Source of the DNA: Clostridia bacterium
GTDB taxonomy: Bacteria > Actinomycetota > Actinomycetes > Mycobacteriales > Mycobacteriaceae
DNA: 64,000 nucleotides
NCBI GenBank assembly: GCA_963623015.1
Contig: CAVFKS010000002.1
Coordinates: 7-64,006 of the forward strand
Reading direction: 5' to 3'
The translations under genes were made by a program, and so were the position numbers. Under the pieces are notes generated by a model. The model did not search any database. It was not told the origin of the DNA and saw only the letters and a program-made list of their open reading frames with translations. Below are positions 48,432-57,838 of this stretch, piece after piece (within the stretch, counting starts at the first letter, position 1; each line of letters opens with the position of its first letter).

Positions 48432-48480
48432 TCGGGAAGCGCCGTTCCGGTGATCGGGAAGCGCCGTTCCGGTGATCGGG
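48423..48480 (+). repeat. Tandem repeat, 22-bp unit TTCCGGTGATCGGGAAGCGCCG x2.6
   Basis: Units at 48423, 48445 and 48467 (partial); the first contains the amn stop codon. Confidence 0.9.
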
Positions 48481-48532
48481 CGGTATCTAGTAAACTTTGT
48501 CCAAACCTTTTTTAAACCGTGAAGGAGCCCTT

Positions 48533-49048
48533 GTGAGCCAGCCGGATTGGGTCCACCCGGACCGCGAAAACCTAACGTGGGAGACCTTCGGTGAAGCCTC
48601 CCGCTACCTCTCCCAGGCCATCGTGGATTCCGGCTGGTTCCCGGATCTCATCGTGGGCGTGGCCCGCGGCGGCCTCATCCCCGCCGGCGCCATCGGGTAT
48701 GCCATCGGCGTCAAGGAAATGGGCGCCATCAACGTGGAGTTCTACAGCGACATCGGCAAGACCCTGCCGGAGCCCATCATCTTGAACCCGCAGCTCGACA
48801 CCGACTCCCTGAAGGGCAAGAAGGTCCTCGTGGTCGACGACGTTGCAGACTCCGGCAAGACCCTGGACCTGGTGGTCAACCTGCTGGAAGAGACCGCCTC
48901 CGAGGTCAAGTCCGCGGTGATCTACACCAAGCCCACCACCATCTTTGAGCCGGACTTCTCCTGGCGCAAGACCGATCAGTGGATCAATTTCGCCTGGTCC
49001 GTCCTCCCGGTCATCACCGTCGACGGCTCCTTCAAGGAAGGCGCCTAA
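48533..49048 (+). CDS. Purine phosphoribosyltransferase (Gpt-like)
   Basis: GVARGGLIPA, VLVVDDVADSGKT PRPP-binding loop; GAAGGAG RBS before GTG. Confidence 0.9.
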   Translation: MSQPDWVHPDRENLTWETFGEASRYLSQAIVDSGWFPDLIVGVARGGLIPAGAIGYAIGVKEMGAINVEFYSDIGKTLPEPIILNPQLDTDSLKGKKVLVVDDVADSGKTLDLVVNLLEETASEVKSAVIYTKPTTIFEPDFSWRKTDQWINFAWSVLPVITVDGSFKEGA

Positions 49049-49138
49049 ACCCGGAAGCGGCCGACAGTCTCGCGGGGTGGCGCCCGCGGGCAGCGGCTCC
49101 CGTGGGCCCTGGGGCGCGGTGGCCTACAATGAACCCCC

Positions 49139-50611
49139 GTGTCTCAACAGGTCCCGGCCCCGATGGGGGTCATCGATAGTTTTCGCTTCGCCTTCTCCAG
49201 CCCCGTGCGGCTGCGCAAGGAGGTCTTTGCCGGGCTGGCGGTCTCGCTAGCCTTAATCCCAGAGGTCTTAAGCTTTTCCATCTTGGCGGGCCTCGACCCG
49301 CGGGTGGGGCTTTTTGCCTCCGTGGTGATGTGTATTTCCATCGCCTTTACCGGCGGGCGCCCGGCCATGATGTCCGCGGCCGCCGGCGCCATCGCCGTGG
49401 TCATCGCCCCGCTAGCCAAGACGCACGGGCTCGACTACGTGGTGGCCACGGTGCTGCTGGCCGGGATTTTGCAGGTGGTCATGGCCCTGCTCGGGGTGGC
49501 CAAGCTCATGCGGTTTATTCCGCGGTCGGTGATGACCGGCTTCGTCAACGCCCTGGGCGTGCTCATGTTTACCGCGCAGCTGCCGCACCTCATCGGCGTT
49601 CCCTGGCTGGTCTACCCGCTCGTGGCACTCGGCCTTATCATCATGGTGGTCTGGCCGCGGATTAATGCCGCCGTCCCGGCGCCGCTGGTGACCATCCTGC
49701 TGGTCACGGGCCTGGCGGTCATCGCCGGCTGGCAGGTCCCGGACGTGGCGGACCAGGGCGAGCTGCCCACCAGCCTGCCCGGCCTCTTCATCCCGGACGT
49801 GCCGTGGAACCTCGAGACGCTAGCGCTGATTGGCCCTTATGCGCTAGGCGTGGCCCTCGTCGGCCTGATGGAGTCCCTGCTCACAGCCAAGCTGGTCGAT
49901 GACATCACGGATACCCACTCCGATAAGACGCGCGAGTCGCTCGGCCAGGGCGTGGGCAACATCTTGTCCGCGGCCATCGGCGGCATGGGCGTGTGCGCCA
50001 TGATCGGCCAGACGATGATCGGGGTCAAAGAATCCCAGGCGCGCACCCGCCTGTCGACTTTCCTGGCGGGCCTATTCCTGCTCATCCTCATCCTGGTGCT
50101 GGGGGAGACCGTCGGCCGGATCCCGATGGCTGCGCTGGTGGCGGTGATGATCATGATCTCGATTTCCACCGTCAACTGGCATTCGGTGCGCACCATCTTC
50201 CGCATGCCCCTGTCGGAGACCGTGGTCATGCTCACCACCGTGGTGGGCACCCTGGCCACCAATAACCTGGCCATTGGCGTGGTGCTTGGCGTGGTGGCGG
50301 CCTCCATCGGGTTCGCCCGCCGCGTGGCGCACGTGGTGGCCGTGGATCTTGTCGATGACGTCTACTGGGTCAAAGGCCAGCTTTTCTTCGCCTCCTCGAA
50401 TGACCTGGTCTACGCCTTCGACTACACCCTGGACGTTGAGGAGGTGGTCATCGACTTCAGCCAGGCGCAGATCTGGGACGCCTCCACGGTGGCCACTCTC
50501 GATGCCGTGCGCGCCAAGTATGCGGATCGCGGCATCCGCGTGCAGGTGCGCGGCCTGGATCCGGGCAGCCGGGCCCGCCTGGACCGGCTGTCTGGCAACC
50601 TGGGCGAATAG
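49139..50611 (+). CDS. SulP-family anion permease with STAS domain
   Basis: LALIPEVLSFS, GGRPAMMSAAAGA, ESLLTA, GQLFFAS, IWDAS. Confidence 0.93.
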   Translation: MSQQVPAPMGVIDSFRFAFSSPVRLRKEVFAGLAVSLALIPEVLSFSILAGLDPRVGLFASVVMCISIAFTGGRPAMMSAAAGAIAVVIAPLAKTHGLDYVVATVLLAGILQVVMALLGVAKLMRFIPRSVMTGFVNALGVLMFTAQLPHLIGVPWLVYPLVALGLIIMVVWPRINAAVPAPLVTILLVTGLAVIAGWQVPDVADQGELPTSLPGLFIPDVPWNLETLALIGPYALGVALVGLMESLLTAKLVDDITDTHSDKTRESLGQGVGNILSAAIGGMGVCAMIGQTMIGVKESQARTRLSTFLAGLFLLILILVLGETVGRIPMAALVAVMIMISISTVNWHSVRTIFRMPLSETVVMLTTVVGTLATNNLAIGVVLGVVAASIGFARRVAHVVAVDLVDDVYWVKGQLFFASSNDLVYAFDYTLDVEEVVIDFSQAQIWDASTVATLDAVRAKYADRGIRVQVRGLDPGSRARLDRLSGNLGE

Positions 50612-50693
50612 GGTCCCGGGTGGGGAGTGGACCCCATCGAATGGTTGATCTTTGTGTGAGATCATTGCCTAATCGATAACGTTGCAAATAAGC

Positions 50694-50727
50694 TTAGGGC
50701 AACTTAACTTAGGTAACCTTTACTAGG
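50694..50727. promoter_or_regulatory. Overlapping DtxR-like boxes upstream of hmuO
   Basis: TTAGGGCAACTTAACTTAG (50694) and TTAGGTAACCTTTACTAGG (50709). Confidence 0.65.
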
Positions 50728-50735
50728 AGTTCACA

Positions 50736-51383
50736 ATGACCCTTGCAACGACCACGATCGAGCTGGATAGCCCGCTCTCGGCCCAGCTGCGGGAGGCCAC
50801 CCAGCAAGCCCACTCGGAGGCGGAGGGCTCGCAGTTCATGTCCCGCCTCATCGCCGGCGAGCTCAATCCGGAAGCCGTGGCCTTCTTTACTGGCCAGCTG
50901 TGGTTTATCTACGAAGCCCTGGAGCGCGCGGTGCGCAACGTGGACTGCCCGGTGGCGGATCCGCGCCTGGAGCGCAAGCTAGCGCTGGAGGCCGACCTGG
51001 CGGAGATGTACGGCGCCGACTGGCGCGACCAGGTGCGCATCCTGCCGGCCACCGCGCGCTACGTGGCCCACCTGGGGGAGCTCGATTCCCCGCACCTGGT
51101 CACCGCCCATCACTACGTGCGCTACCTGGGGGATATCTCTGGCGGGCAGGTCATTGCTGCCCGACTCGGGGCCGTCTATGGCATCGACCGCGACGCGCTC
51201 AACTTCTATCACTTCACCGCCATCGACAAGATCCCGCCTTATCGCAAGGCCTACAAGGCGGCGTTGAATGAGATGCAGCTTTCCGATGCCGCCCGCGCCG
51301 AGCTGCTCGAGGAAGCCCGCGTGGCCTTCGGGCTGAACTCTGCCGTCTTCGCGGAGATGGATGTTGAATTCCCGGCGGGTTAG
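50736..51383 (+). CDS. hmuO: Heme oxygenase
   Basis: LREATQQAHSEAE proximal His; AHHYVRYLGDISGGQVI signature. Confidence 0.95.
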   Translation: MTLATTTIELDSPLSAQLREATQQAHSEAEGSQFMSRLIAGELNPEAVAFFTGQLWFIYEALERAVRNVDCPVADPRLERKLALEADLAEMYGADWRDQVRILPATARYVAHLGELDSPHLVTAHHYVRYLGDISGGQVIAARLGAVYGIDRDALNFYHFTAIDKIPPYRKAYKAALNEMQLSDAARAELLEEARVAFGLNSAVFAEMDVEFPAG

Positions 51384-51422
51384 TAAATGTAGCCTAAGCT
51401 GCCTATACTAAGGGTGTCCTAA
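51379..51422. promoter_or_regulatory. DtxR-like boxes upstream of the HtaA-domain gene
   Basis: GTTAGTAAATGTAGCCTAA (51379) and TATACTAAGGGTGTCCTAA (51404), the latter overlapping -10 TATACT. Confidence 0.6.
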
Positions 51423-51453
51423 TTTCTGATTCCCTTGGGAAGGGGAGAACTAC

Positions 51454-52335
51454 ATGCACTCTCAGCTCTCGTGCCGCGCGGCCTCGACCGCAACGCTTAC
51501 CGCTGCCGCCGTGGCCATGGCAACGGCCATCGTTGCCCCGCAGGCGGCCGCGGCCCCGGCCGTATTGGAGTCGGGCAGCTTTGCCTGGCCGATCAAGACC
51601 TCGCTCATGCACCACCTGCAGTCCAACCCGATTGCCAAGGGCCAGATCACCCCGAGCGAGGGTGCGAGCTTCGAGGACAGTCAGTTCGTCTTCCCGGTCG
51701 ACGCCGCCGAGACCACCATCGACGCCCAGGGCAAGGGGGTCATCGAACTCGATGGCGAGGCCCACCTGCAGGCCTACCCGAAGATGGGGCCCGGTGGCGG
51801 CCTGGGACTCGATGCCCGCTACTTCGACCTCGAGGTGCGAGTGGATGGCACCAAGGCTCAGCTCGTGGGCGACTACGAGGTCAAGGGCGTGCCCGGCGGC
51901 CAGGGTGCCAGCATCGATCTGCACGGCGACGACGAGGTTCTGGTGACCTTCGACTTGAGCAAGGCTGTGACCCCAGGCGCGGACGTGGCGGAGATGGACC
52001 GCGTCACCACCGCCGGCCCGGGCCTGGCAAAGTCCATGGTGCGCTACCAGGATGGCGAGCTGCTAGACGATACCGCGGTGGATCTCATCCTCGACTATGC
52101 GGACGGCCAGGCCGCCCCGAAGCCGGATGGCACGCAGATGGCCAGCTCCAAGCAGCTGTCGGCGGATCTCGGCCCGGAGAAGACCTGGGCGCTGGTGGCC
52201 GCCGGCGCGCTGGCAGTGCTGGGTGCGGCCGGCGGCGCCATCGCCTGGCTGGTGGGCCAGCTTGGGGTCAACCGGGGGCACAATTTTGGCGGGGAAATCA
52301 ACAAACTTTTGGCGGGCCTGGGCCTCCGCCTTTAG
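51454..52335 (+). CDS. Divergent single HtaA-domain surface protein
   Basis: Signal peptide; GSFAWPIKTSLMHHL, FVFPVD, LQAY...GLD, RYQDGELLDD; C-terminal TM. Confidence 0.8.
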   Translation: MHSQLSCRAASTATLTAAAVAMATAIVAPQAAAAPAVLESGSFAWPIKTSLMHHLQSNPIAKGQITPSEGASFEDSQFVFPVDAAETTIDAQGKGVIELDGEAHLQAYPKMGPGGGLGLDARYFDLEVRVDGTKAQLVGDYEVKGVPGGQGASIDLHGDDEVLVTFDLSKAVTPGADVAEMDRVTTAGPGLAKSMVRYQDGELLDDTAVDLILDYADGQAAPKPDGTQMASSKQLSADLGPEKTWALVAAGALAVLGAAGGAIAWLVGQLGVNRGHNFGGEINKLLAGLGLRL

Positions 52336-52452
52336 GGTGCGTCTTGTCGGATTAGGAACATCTTCGCACCCCAATGTGATGCACGCCTCATATGTGGCAA
52401 AAGAAGTCCCAGCTAGCGCCCTTGGGCGGCCCGGTTTTAAGGCCTCCTTTAC

Positions 52453-52504
52453 TTAGGTAAAGGTGGCCAAAAAAGCCCCTGACGTGCAGGTATGGTTAAC
52501 CTTT
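52453..52504. promoter_or_regulatory. DtxR boxes upstream of the ftn promoter (activator position)
   Basis: TTAGGTAAAGGTGGCCAAA (52453) and GCAGGTATGGTTAACCTTT (52486); -10 TATTCT at ~52533. Confidence 0.7.
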
Positions 52505-52586
52505 CCTGCCTGGCGCACCGAAAACAGTCGTGTATTCTTAGGCGCATACCGAATTAATCACTGTCTAGAGAAAAGGAAAACCTATC

Positions 52587-53075
52587 ATGGACGAGAAGCT
52601 TCTCACCCTCATGAATAACCAGGTCATCAACGAGTTTGGTGCTTCCCTGATTTACTCCCAGCTGGCCTACGAGATGGATGATCAGTCCTTCCCGGGCATG
52701 CGCGACTGGTTCCAGGCTCAGGCCGAGGAGGAGCGCGAGCACGCTGCTAAGTTCGCTGACCACCTGCTGGCCCGCGGCTACCGCGTCGAGCTGACCGACA
52801 TTCCGGTTGGCTCCATCAAGGCCCCGACCCCGCTGGACGCCTTCGAGGCTGCCTACGCTCACGAGCAGAAGGTCTCCGAGCAGATTCGCGAGATCGCCCG
52901 CCTGGCAGATTCCGTAGGCGACCTGGACTCCCGCCAGCTCATCAACTGGTTCCTGGACGAGCAGATCGGGGAAGAGGACACCGTCTCCGAGATCATCGAC
53001 CAGATCAAGCTGGTTGGCAACGACGGCTCCGGCCTGCTGCGCATCGACGCCCGCCTGGGCGGCCGAAACAGCTAG
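52587..53075 (+). CDS. ftn: Ferritin
   Basis: NQVINEFGAS..Y, QAEEEREHA, HEQKVS, WFLDEQIGEE ferroxidase residues. Confidence 0.95.
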   Translation: MDEKLLTLMNNQVINEFGASLIYSQLAYEMDDQSFPGMRDWFQAQAEEEREHAAKFADHLLARGYRVELTDIPVGSIKAPTPLDAFEAAYAHEQKVSEQIREIARLADSVGDLDSRQLINWFLDEQIGEEDTVSEIIDQIKLVGNDGSGLLRIDARLGGRNS

Positions 53076-53128
53076 CAGCGCACGCCAACATTAAGAAGGC
53101 GTAACGAAGCCGTTAAGATACGGCCACT

Positions 53129-53164
53129 TTCTCCCACCGAGTCTGATTCGGTGGGAGAATTTTT
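53129..53164 (+). terminator. Terminator after ftn
   Basis: TTCTCCCACCGAGTC/GATTCGGTGGGAGAA stem plus TTTTT. Confidence 0.8.
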
Positions 53165-53168
53165 GCAT

Positions 53169-53534
53169 ATGTCCACTCAGCAGAAGAAACTGACCATTGG
53201 CGCGTTGCTCGGCCTCGTCCTGGCCCTCGTGGCCGGCGTGGCGCTTGCGTCGACCTACCTGGCTTTGGGGACCTTCCTATGGGGCGCGGCCGTCATGCTC
53301 GGCCCCTTCGTCGGCGTGGGCCTGTTCGTCTTCGCCTCTCGCGCGGTGGCCACGGCCCCGCAGCGCACCCTGTCTTGCCTGGGCGGAGTACTCCTGTTGG
53401 CCTCGGTGGGCCTGGTGCTCTTTAGCCCCGTGGGCTCTAGCCCCGGCGCCAGCTTCCCGCTCTATGTGGCCGGCGGCCTTTCCGGCGCGGCGGCCATCGC
53501 CCTGGTCAAGCCGCGCGCCCTCGCCCGCGCCTAG
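53169..53534 (+). CDS. Small four-TM hypothetical protein
   Basis: MSTQQKKL start, four hydrophobic helices. Confidence 0.65.
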   Translation: MSTQQKKLTIGALLGLVLALVAGVALASTYLALGTFLWGAAVMLGPFVGVGLFVFASRAVATAPQRTLSCLGGVLLLASVGLVLFSPVGSSPGASFPLYVAGGLSGAAAIALVKPRALARA

Positions 53535-53623
53535 GCGAGGCGCCGCCCGCGTGCCCTCCATTCCGGCCGCTTCGTTACGGGCATGTCATTTAGGGCGCGG
53601 CGGTTTTCACTAGGCTTTAGGGC

Positions 53624-54223
53624 ATGGTCAAGTTCCTCTTCGATTTCTATGGCGTGCTGCTCAAGGGTCATTCGCCCGCCTCGGCGCGGCACCTCGAGGA
53701 GGTCGTTCGCGCCCCCGATCCCCAGCTATTTTGGCGGGTCTACGAAGAGCTGCGCCCGGCTTATGATGCCGGCCTGGCCTCCGATCAGCGCTGGTGGCAG
53801 CAGGTACGTGCCCGCGCCGGCTTGCCGGGCTTCGACGTGGCTGCCGCCGTGGAGGCGGACTTTGGCCCCTGCGTGGGAGCCGATTCGGAGGTCGTGGACT
53901 ATGTGCTAGAACTCGTCGGCGTCGGGGCCACGGTGGGCGTGCTATCTAATATCCCGCTGGGCCTGGCCCAGCGCGTGCGCGCCCGGCACCAGTGGCTGGG
54001 CTGCCTGGCGGCGGTGACTTTGAGCTGCGATATTGGCCTGGTCAAGCCCGACCCGCAGGCCTTCGCCGTGGCGGTAGACGCGCTCGGCGGCGGGGCCCGC
54101 GGCACGCTCTTTATCGATGATCGCGCCGACTACCTGGCCGGCGCGGCCAAGGCGGGCCTGGCCACGCACCACTTCCGGGATCTGGCCGGCTTGCGCCGGT
54201 CCGTGGAAGCGCTGCGCGGCTAG
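53624..54223 (+). CDS. HAD-superfamily hydrolase
   Basis: FLFDFYGVL, LSN, KPDP, FIDD. Confidence 0.88.
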   Translation: MVKFLFDFYGVLLKGHSPASARHLEEVVRAPDPQLFWRVYEELRPAYDAGLASDQRWWQQVRARAGLPGFDVAAAVEADFGPCVGADSEVVDYVLELVGVGATVGVLSNIPLGLAQRVRARHQWLGCLAAVTLSCDIGLVKPDPQAFAVAVDALGGGARGTLFIDDRADYLAGAAKAGLATHHFRDLAGLRRSVEALRG

Positions 54224-54287
54224 GGGAGCGCCCCTGCCCCTTCCTCGCCCCCGCGCCCGCGCCCAGCGTCCGCTGGGCGCGGGGGCG

Positions 54288-55358
54288 CTACTTTTCGAGT
54301 TCGAGCGGGGTGCGCAGCAGGGGATCGAGGGCGGCGGCGCGGGCGATGGCGCGGACGATCTCGCGGTGGTTGGGGATCATGCGCAGCGCCGGCGCCTGGG
54401 CCCCGGTGCCCTCGAAGGCGGCGCGGACGTGGCCGGCATAAAGGCGCGGGGCATCGGCGTCATCGTAGAAGGCGCCGCCGGCGATGACCACGGTGGCCGG
54501 CTGGTGATCCTGGATGAGCTCGACGGTCAGGGCCGCGAGTTTCCGGGCGCGCTCGTTGAGCGCTTCGCGCCGCTGCGCGCCCCGGGCCACCTGGCGCTCC
54601 AGGGCGGCGGTGGCCAGGGCCTCGGAGGCATCGGCGCCGTCCACGGTGGGCAGACGCAGGGGGTGCACGCCGTCGGCGTCAGAGAGTGCGGCGCCCACGG
54701 AGTCGTCGGCGAAAAGCGCTAGCACCGTCGCGGCATCGTCGAGCCCGGCGGCCTGGGTCTCCGAGCCCAGGATGGCCGGGACCACGGAGGTCACGGTGAT
54801 GGGCACGCCGAACTGGAACTGCAGGCGGGCGGCAATGTCCATGCCTTCCCAGCCCAGGTTGGGGGCAAAGACCAGGCCCTCGGCGTCGACGTAGCCGGAG
54901 GTGGCAACCCCCACCGAGACCAGGGTGCGGTCGATGCCGGCGGAGAGCATGTTGACCCCGGCCATGATGTGCTGGATGAAGTCCTCGGTGCTCAGCTCAG
55001 AGACCGGGGTGGGGAAGTCGTCTTCGCGGATGGTGCGCCCGCGGGAGTCATACAGGGCGATGTAGGTGGAGCTGGTGCCGATGGCCAGGCCGGCGAGCAT
55101 CCAGCCGTTGTCGGCCACCTCAAGCGGCACGGTGGGCCGGCCGCGCCCGCGCGAGCGGGTGAGATCGGTGCGCTCCTGGAGTAGGCCCAGGCCAAGCAGT
55201 GCCGCGGTGGCGCGGGTGATGGTGGGCTGGGACAGGCCGGTAGCCTCCACGAGCTCGCTGCGGGTGATGATGGGGTTTAAGCGCACGAGGTGGAGGCATT
55301 TAGCCGCGGGGGTCCGCGGGCGAGTAAATACCGTGCCTACATTTTGCATGCACTGCAT
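54288..55358 (-). CDS. cysR: ROK-family transcriptional regulator, probably CysR
   Basis: TRSELVEATGLSQPTITR HTH, GRGRP, ROK body; perfect McbR box upstream; neighbourhood (HAD, DUF885, AbrB) recalls the C. glutamicum cysR locus. Confidence 0.8.
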   Translation of the reverse strand: MQCMQNVGTVFTRPRTPAAKCLHLVRLNPIITRSELVEATGLSQPTITRATAALLGLGLLQERTDLTRSRGRGRPTVPLEVADNGWMLAGLAIGTSSTYIALYDSRGRTIREDDFPTPVSELSTEDFIQHIMAGVNMLSAGIDRTLVSVGVATSGYVDAEGLVFAPNLGWEGMDIAARLQFQFGVPITVTSVVPAILGSETQAAGLDDAATVLALFADDSVGAALSDADGVHPLRLPTVDGADASEALATAALERQVARGAQRREALNERARKLAALTVELIQDHQPATVVIAGGAFYDDADAPRLYAGHVRAAFEGTGAQAPALRMIPNHREIVRAIARAAALDPLLRTPLELEK

Positions 55359-55369
55359 GTTAAATTATC

Positions 55370-55419
55370 TAGACCGCATTGTCTAATTGGCTCGCTTTTT
55401 CAACAGACCGCTCTGTATG
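55370..55419. promoter_or_regulatory. McbR boxes upstream of cysR
   Basis: Perfect TAGAC-CGCATT-GTCTA (55370-55385) and degenerate CAGAC-CGCTCT-GTATG (55404-55419). Confidence 0.85.
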
Positions 55420-55510
55420 TCGGTGGAAAAGCCAGCGCAGATCGGGTCGCAGGCTGGGCCCGGGCCCGCCGTGGGGGCTTGGCTGCGGCGGCTGTTCTAC
55501 GATGGCAGTC

Positions 55511-56104
55511 ATGACTTCTGCCCAAACCCCCGCCCTGACGTCCATCGCAGTCTATTGCGGCTCCGCGCCGGGGGAGGACCCGGCCTTTGCGCGTGCGGCC
55601 CGGGACCTCGGGGCAGAATTGGCCCGCCGGAGACTGAGGCTGGTCTATGGCGGCGGCAATGTGGGGCTGATGGGGATTGTGGCCGACTCCGTCCTAGCCG
55701 CCGGCGGCGAGGTGGTAGGCGTTATCCCACACCAGCTGGCCAACTTAGAGATGGCACACCCCGGCCTGACGAGCCTGGAAAAGGTCGACACCATGGCGCA
55801 GCGCAAGACGCGCATGGAGGAGCTGGCGGATGGCTTCATCGCGCTGCCCGGCGGCATCGGCACGCTCGAAGAGCTAGCCGAGGTGCTCACCTTGCAGTCC
55901 TTGGGCACGATCAACGGCCCGGTGGGCCTTTTAAACCCCGCCGGGTTCTGGGAGCCGTTTCTGGAAATGTACCGCGGTTTTGCCGCCGCCGGCTTCGTGC
56001 AAAGCCGCTACGTTAACGGACTTCTGGTGGACTCAGAACCGGGCCGGCTTTTGGATAAATTCGCAGGCTGGACCCCGCTTGGGGCTAAGTGGGACAACAA
56101 TTAG
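55511..56104 (+). CDS. LOG family (TIGR00730) nucleotide phosphoribohydrolase
   Basis: VYCGS, LVYGGGNVGLMG, RK..M, ALPGGIGTLEE; -10 TACGAT 7 nt before ATG. Confidence 0.92.
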   Translation: MTSAQTPALTSIAVYCGSAPGEDPAFARAARDLGAELARRRLRLVYGGGNVGLMGIVADSVLAAGGEVVGVIPHQLANLEMAHPGLTSLEKVDTMAQRKTRMEELADGFIALPGGIGTLEELAEVLTLQSLGTINGPVGLLNPAGFWEPFLEMYRGFAAAGFVQSRYVNGLLVDSEPGRLLDKFAGWTPLGAKWDNN

Positions 56105-56161
56105 GCAACAATGCACGCATGGGTTGGCCCCGCGCCCGCGCGGGGGATAGACTGACCCGTT

Positions 56162-57820
56162 ATGACTTCCGAACTCTCAGACGAGCGCCAGTCCTCCCTG
56201 CTGGATGCTTCCTGCGATAATTTCGTCTATGACCTCGCGGCCCTGACCCCTACCGATGCCACCGCGCTGGGCATCGAGGGCTTCGACGGTGAGCTCCAGG
56301 ATTTCTCCCCGGAGTACTACGCCGCCGTTGCCGACCGCACCCGCGAGATGGTCGCTGACCTCGACGCCCTCGATGACAGCACCTATGACTCGGACGATGA
56401 CGACGACTTCGACGACGTCGACTACGTCACGGCCGCCGTCCTGCGCGACCGCCTGTGCTTGCAGCTGGATCTGCACCACCACGGCGAGGATCTGCGCAAC
56501 CTCAACAACATCGAGTCCCCGGTGCAGACCATCCGGGACACCCTGCTGCTGATGCCGCACTCCACGGCCGAAGAGATCGATGCCGTCCGCTCCCGCCTGT
56601 CCAAGATCCCTAACTCCCTGGCCGGCTACCGCGAGTCTCTCAACGAGGCCGCCTCGCACGGCATGGTGGCGGCCACCCGCCAGATCAACGAGGTCATCGG
56701 CCAGTGCAACCAGCTGGCTGACGATGACGTGCTGGACAACCTGGGCGTTGACCCCGACTCCGCGGAGGTCGAGGGTGCCAAGCGCGCCTTCGAGGAATTC
56801 GCCGGCTGGCTCTCCTCTGAGCTGCAGCCGCAGGCCCCGACCGAGGACGCCTTCGGCCGCGAGCGCTATGAGCGCTTCTCCCGGCTTTTCGTGGGCGACT
56901 CCGTGGACCTGGACGCCGCCTATGAGTGGGGGCTGGAGCGCGTGGCCGCCATCAACGCCGATCAGGAGCAGATTGCCCGCTCCCTCTACGGCGACGACGT
57001 GAGCCCGCGCACGGCCATGCGCAAGCTCAACTCCGAGGAGAAGTACCTCATCCAGGGCAAGGACGCCCTGGTGGAGTGGATGCAGTCCGTGGCCGACCAG
57101 GCGATTTCCGATCTGGATGGCAAGTACTTCGACATCCCGGAGCCGATGCGCACCATCGAGTGCAAGATCGACCCGGCCGGCACCGGCGGGATCTTCTACA
57201 CCCAGCCTGCCGATGACTTCTCGCGCCCGGGCCAGATGTGGTGGTCCGTGCCCGCGGGCCAGGAGACCTTCCACACCTGGCAGGAGCTGACCACCGTCCA
57301 CCACGAGGGCGTGCCGGGCCACCACCTGCAGATCGGCACCGCGCTGATGCAAAACGATCTGAACCTGTGGCGCCGCGCGGCCTGCTGGAACTCCGGCCAC
57401 GGCGAGGGCTGGGCCCTCTACGCGGAGGCACTCATGGCGGAGCTGGGCTACATGGATGACCCGGGCTACCGCATGGGCCTGCTAGACGCGCAGCGCCTGC
57501 GTGCTGCCCGCGTGGTGGTCGACATCGGACTGCACCTGGGCAAGACCATGCCGGATGGCTCCGGCGTGTGGGACAAGGCGCATGTGCGCACCTTCATGCG
57601 CGAAAACACCGCGATGGATGACGCGAACTTGGCCTTCGAGGTCAACCGCTACCTGGGCTGGGCCGGCCAGGCCCCGTCCTATGCGCTGGGCGAGCGCCTG
57701 TGGCGCAAGACCCGCGATGACGCCGTGGCCCAGGGCATGACGGAGCGCGAGTTCCACTCCCAGGCCTTGGCGCTGGGCTCTATCCCGATGTCTATCCTGC
57801 GCGACACCATCCTGGATTAA
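56162..57820 (+). CDS. DUF885 family protein (putative metallopeptidase)
   Basis: HHEGVPGHHLQ, GEGWALYAE, RAARVVVDIGLH, GQAPSY. Confidence 0.92.
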   Translation: MTSELSDERQSSLLDASCDNFVYDLAALTPTDATALGIEGFDGELQDFSPEYYAAVADRTREMVADLDALDDSTYDSDDDDDFDDVDYVTAAVLRDRLCLQLDLHHHGEDLRNLNNIESPVQTIRDTLLLMPHSTAEEIDAVRSRLSKIPNSLAGYRESLNEAASHGMVAATRQINEVIGQCNQLADDDVLDNLGVDPDSAEVEGAKRAFEEFAGWLSSELQPQAPTEDAFGRERYERFSRLFVGDSVDLDAAYEWGLERVAAINADQEQIARSLYGDDVSPRTAMRKLNSEEKYLIQGKDALVEWMQSVADQAISDLDGKYFDIPEPMRTIECKIDPAGTGGIFYTQPADDFSRPGQMWWSVPAGQETFHTWQELTTVHHEGVPGHHLQIGTALMQNDLNLWRRAACWNSGHGEGWALYAEALMAELGYMDDPGYRMGLLDAQRLRAARVVVDIGLHLGKTMPDGSGVWDKAHVRTFMRENTAMDDANLAFEVNRYLGWAGQAPSYALGERLWRKTRDDAVAQGMTEREFHSQALALGSIPMSILRDTILD

Positions 57821-57838
57821 CGCTTAGCGGGGAGCCTT

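Noticed and set aside
48423..48480. Repeat as a mini CRISPR array
   Set aside because: Units are contiguous without unique spacers and no cas genes are present
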